DNA of 64,000 nucleotides from a virus: IMG/VR virus record IMGVR_UViG_3300036406_001149; one strand, 5' to 3'. Shown piece by piece: positions 61,477 to 64,000 of this stretch (position 1 is its first letter; each line of letters starts with the position of its first letter). The notes under the pieces were generated by a model. It saw only the letters and a program-made list of their open reading frames with translations, ran no database searches and was not told where the DNA came from. The position numbers and the translations under genes were made by a program.

Positions 61477-61748
61477 CTTTTAATTTTCTTCCATTTCTGA
61501 ACAGGACACTCTTGATCTGCCCATGCTAGTTTATTCATAAAAACTTTTTTATTAGACAAATTACATCCACACATCAAACACTGAGACTTAGTTTTTTCCA
61601 TATATTCACAAGACATGCAAATATTTAATCTATCTCTTATTTCATCAGAGGTAGCCTTGGGAAATCCTGCATTAATATGCCAGAATAAAGCCTTAAGAAA
61701 AGTTAAGATTTTTCTGGATATTGAGATTGTATAGGTTTTATAGGACAT
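61473..61748 (-). CDS. DUF6171-like Cys-motif protein, paralog of the C-terminus of 39207..39758
   Basis: RLNICMSCEY...QCLMCGCNLS...MNKLAWADQECPVQKW. Confidence 0.65.
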   Translation of the reverse strand: MSYKTYTISISRKILTFLKALFWHINAGFPKATSDEIRDRLNICMSCEYMEKTKSQCLMCGCNLSNKKVFMNKLAWADQECPVQKWKKIKR

Positions 61749-61945
61749 ATATTATGGTCTTTGTCAAGAGTATAAACGGTATCCCTTGACACTATAGTAT
61801 CGGAAGGGAACCATTGGGGCAAGCCGTTCTTTATAGAGTAACACAGTCTGCTTCCGTTTTGTTTAAAATCAGAAGTCAATAAAAAATAATGATCCTCGTT
61901 TGAACGGAAAATAGTACCAGATTCTAATTCTTCTATATATTCCAT
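61703..61945 (-). CDS. Hypothetical protein (80 aa)
   Basis: ORF in operon. No motif recognised. Confidence 0.5.
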   Translation of the reverse strand: MEYIEELESGTIFRSNEDHYFLLTSDFKQNGSRLCYSIKNGLPQWFPSDTIVSRDTVYTLDKDHNICPIKPIQSQYPEKS

Positions 61946-61951
61946 TATATT

Positions 61952-62335
61952 TTAACCAGGACTTACTGAACATTTATTACATTTGTATCTATCCGGAGCA
62001 TCTGATAATAAGGTAGGGTTAATCTCTTCTCTCTTACCACATACTCTGCACTGAACATTTAAAGTACTAAACTTACGAGCCCTAGGAACTGGCGGTATCT
62101 GACTTAACTTACGGTCTATTTCTATGTCTTCTTTATGTAAATTTTTCTCGGTCATCGAATCAAATTTATTAATTCTACCATTACTGGTAGATTGATTGGA
62201 TGCCTTTTTAGAACGAGGTTTTTTAGGTTTGGCACTAGGAGCATCTGAAACATTTGTTTGTTGAGAAAGCATAGACTGTAACATTACAATCATTGCTTGG
62301 ATTTGATTAGGATCCATCTGTGGCATATTGCTCAT
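61952..62335 (-). CDS. Hypothetical protein with C-terminal Zn ribbon
   Basis: CRVCG...YKCNKC. Confidence 0.6.
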   Translation of the reverse strand: MSNMPQMDPNQIQAMIVMLQSMLSQQTNVSDAPSAKPKKPRSKKASNQSTSNGRINKFDSMTEKNLHKEDIEIDRKLSQIPPVPRARKFSTLNVQCRVCGKREEINPTLLSDAPDRYKCNKCSVSPG

Positions 62336-62679
62336 TATTCGTTAATCCTAAAAATATTCTTGGAAAATCTATTTTCAGTTGTTGGGGGATTTTGCTTTTT
62401 GAAATCATCATTTAAGGCAGATGCTTCTTTGGTCATAATGGCTACGTTATTTTTGTTATTAGCTGAGTCTGTTATCATCAAGTGCTTTGATTTTGATGCA
62501 CTGGTTGAGGACGAAGCTGTTTTGATTGCAGAAGAACTACCCTTTTCTTTTTCTTTTTTAATAACCCCTAATACCTGATTATCCGTTATTTCTAGTTCAT
62601 TAGATATTTTTTCTACTGGCCAACCTAAATGATTCAGCCATAGAGCTGCATATGATTGTGTTCTATTAATTCTTGACAT
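62335..62679 (-). CDS. Hypothetical protein, possible N-terminal HTH
   Basis: LGWPVEKISNELEITDNQV resembles an HTH. Coupled by TAATG. Confidence 0.5.
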   Translation of the reverse strand: MSRINRTQSYAALWLNHLGWPVEKISNELEITDNQVLGVIKKEKEKGSSSAIKTASSSTSASKSKHLMITDSANNKNNVAIMTKEASALNDDFKKQNPPTTENRFSKNIFRINE

Positions 62680-63068
62680 TATTCAGTCTCCCTTTCTGCA
62701 TTATTAAGCCATGCTGGATTTTTTGATTTTAGAAATTCTGCATACAAATTAAATGTTTTCTGACTAACCTGTTTGAATTTATCATTTGACCTACAGACTC
62801 TATCCAAAAAATTATTATTCTTTTCTTCGCCATAAAAAGAAATAGGGTTGAAGAGTTTTCCATTACGATCTAATCTAATTAAATACTTTACCGTTTGGTC
62901 AGCTCTCATAATTTTCTTAGCGTATACCTTACTGTCTAGCTTAGATCTAATAGGCAGATTTTCAGAATCAAGTTTATCTTCTGATCCTATTAGAGTGTAA
63001 TAAGTCTCTTCTAATGAATCATTTAGTGGGTCTTCTTTAAAGCAGCTAGATGGATTAAAAATAGTCAT
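62679..63068 (-). CDS. Hypothetical protein (129 aa), paralog of 60714..61070
   Basis: See paralogy finding. Confidence 0.6.
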   Translation of the reverse strand: MTIFNPSSCFKEDPLNDSLEETYYTLIGSEDKLDSENLPIRSKLDSKVYAKKIMRADQTVKYLIRLDRNGKLFNPISFYGEEKNNNFLDRVCRSNDKFKQVSQKTFNLYAEFLKSKNPAWLNNAERETE

Positions 63069-63087
63069 GATTTTCTTTCTTAATTTA

Positions 63088-63438
63088 TTAGGTCCACTTG
63101 TTCTTAACTTTGGTTTTCTTCATCCTAGACATACCACTAGGCAATTCTTTGGTAGATTCTATTTCTTTATAATCATTATGTTTTTGATCTAATGCTTGTT
63201 TTTGGTCTTCGCTTAATCTATCTCTATTTCTGTTTGCTAAATCTCCCAATGTTTTGAGTTCGCTATCTGATTTTTTAACAGATACATTTTGTGTACTAAT
63301 ATCTTTGATATATTGTCTATATGTACATGATGTTTTTCCACATTGAACACATTTGGGTGATTCCACATAATCTCTTATATGGGAGAATAACTCAAATCCT
63401 AGTTTACACTTGTCACAATAATAAGAATATGTTGGCAT
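63088..63438 (-). CDS. FmdB-family zinc-ribbon protein
   Basis: MPTYSYYCDKCKLGFE...PKCVQCG. Confidence 0.8.
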   Translation of the reverse strand: MPTYSYYCDKCKLGFELFSHIRDYVESPKCVQCGKTSCTYRQYIKDISTQNVSVKKSDSELKTLGDLANRNRDRLSEDQKQALDQKHNDYKEIESTKELPSGMSRMKKTKVKNKWT

Positions 63439-64000
63439 TACTGAAAATCTTTAAAATAAATCTTCCACTGGTCGGGAACTTCCGATTTTATAGTAGAAAT
63501 GTGATGACTCACTGGCAAGTATTTGATGCTTTTCTGCGGTACTACCGGATGATTTCTTAAAGGCATATTAGCTTGGGACGGCGTTCTATTTTTCTTTTTG
63601 AGATTGCAGGATACACAAGCAGTAACTATATTGGTCCAATTTGTGGGAGAATGATCAAACTGCCACTTAGATTTGGGTATGACATGATCATAAGTCAATT
63701 TATTAATTTCGTTCTTTTCTCCACAATATTGACATGTAAAATTATCTCTAATGAATAAATTTTTTCTAGAAAAAGTCACAGACTGTGTGTGGACCTTAAA
63801 GTATTTGTTTGTTTTGATAACTGCTGGAATCAAAAAAGTTTTATTATTAGCTCCAACAATATAATCACTATCATAATAGTCTATAATTTCTATATGCATT
63901 TTAGAACTATTATAAATATACTTAAATGACCACACCATAGCCTTTTTCCAATCGATAATGCCTAGTGGTGTGTAATCAGCATTAAGTACTAAGCATTGTT
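63438..64000 (-). CDS. HNH endonuclease, 5'-truncated by the window edge
   Basis: The frame stays open upstream of the listed 63938 start (QCLVLNADYTPLGIIDWKKAMVW). NLFIRDNFTCQYCG...LTYDHVIPKS...WTNIVTACVSCNLKK. Confidence 0.9.
   Translation of the reverse strand, partial: QCLVLNADYTPLGIIDWKKAMVWSFKYIYNSSKMHIEIIDYYDSDYIVGANNKTFLIPAVIKTNKYFKVHTQSVTFSRKNLFIRDNFTCQYCGEKNEINKLTYDHVIPKSKWQFDHSPTNWTNIVTACVSCNLKKKNRTPSQANMPLRNHPVVPQKSIKYLPVSHHISTIKSEVPDQWKIYFKDFQ

Noticed and set aside
40502-63758. Short plus-strand and nested ORFs in the minus-strand block (e.g. 49340..49681, 59696..59974, 52287..52478)
   Set aside because: Shadow ORFs of ssb, recA, dnaE and others, with no independent support.
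1-64000. Stop-codon reassignment, as in some jumbo phages
   Set aside because: Code 11 gives near-complete coding density with very long uninterrupted ORFs, and TAA, TAG and TGA all end well-defined genes.
1-64000. tRNA, rRNA or structured ncRNA genes, integrase or IS elements
   Set aside because: Intergenic gaps are almost all under 90 bp. No cloverleaf, transposase or recombinase motif was recognised by eye. A tRNAscan/Infernal run would be needed for certainty.

Overview
AT-rich segment of a large (jumbo-type) tailed dsDNA phage genome in standard genetic code 11, made of two convergent gene blocks. The plus strand (1-39758) is a tail module: a partial tail assembly chaperone, a 5797-aa tape measure protein (TMP), two tail-fibre-like proteins, two tail-tip/hub-like proteins, a 2526-aa mosaic protein and two Cys-rich proteins. 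The minus strand (39727-64000) is a replication/recombination block: RecA, DnaB, primase, dNMP kinase, a PD-(D/E)XK exonuclease, a DnaE split into two genes around a DEDDh exonuclease, SSB, a Rad52-like annealing protein, HNH and EDxHD-type endonucleases, and an eight-gene glycosylation cluster. The main observation is that the TMP reads as a chain of modules separated by 8 copies of a GG...DTVPAxLTPGEFV linker plus shorter (F/Y)xxGG motifs. The modules include a HAD phosphatase, a restriction-endonuclease-fold domain, two different ADP-ribosyltransferase folds, a pre-toxin TG domain and leucine-rich repeats. This suggests an injected, shuffleable multi-effector payload. All domain calls come from motifs read by eye; no database search was run.
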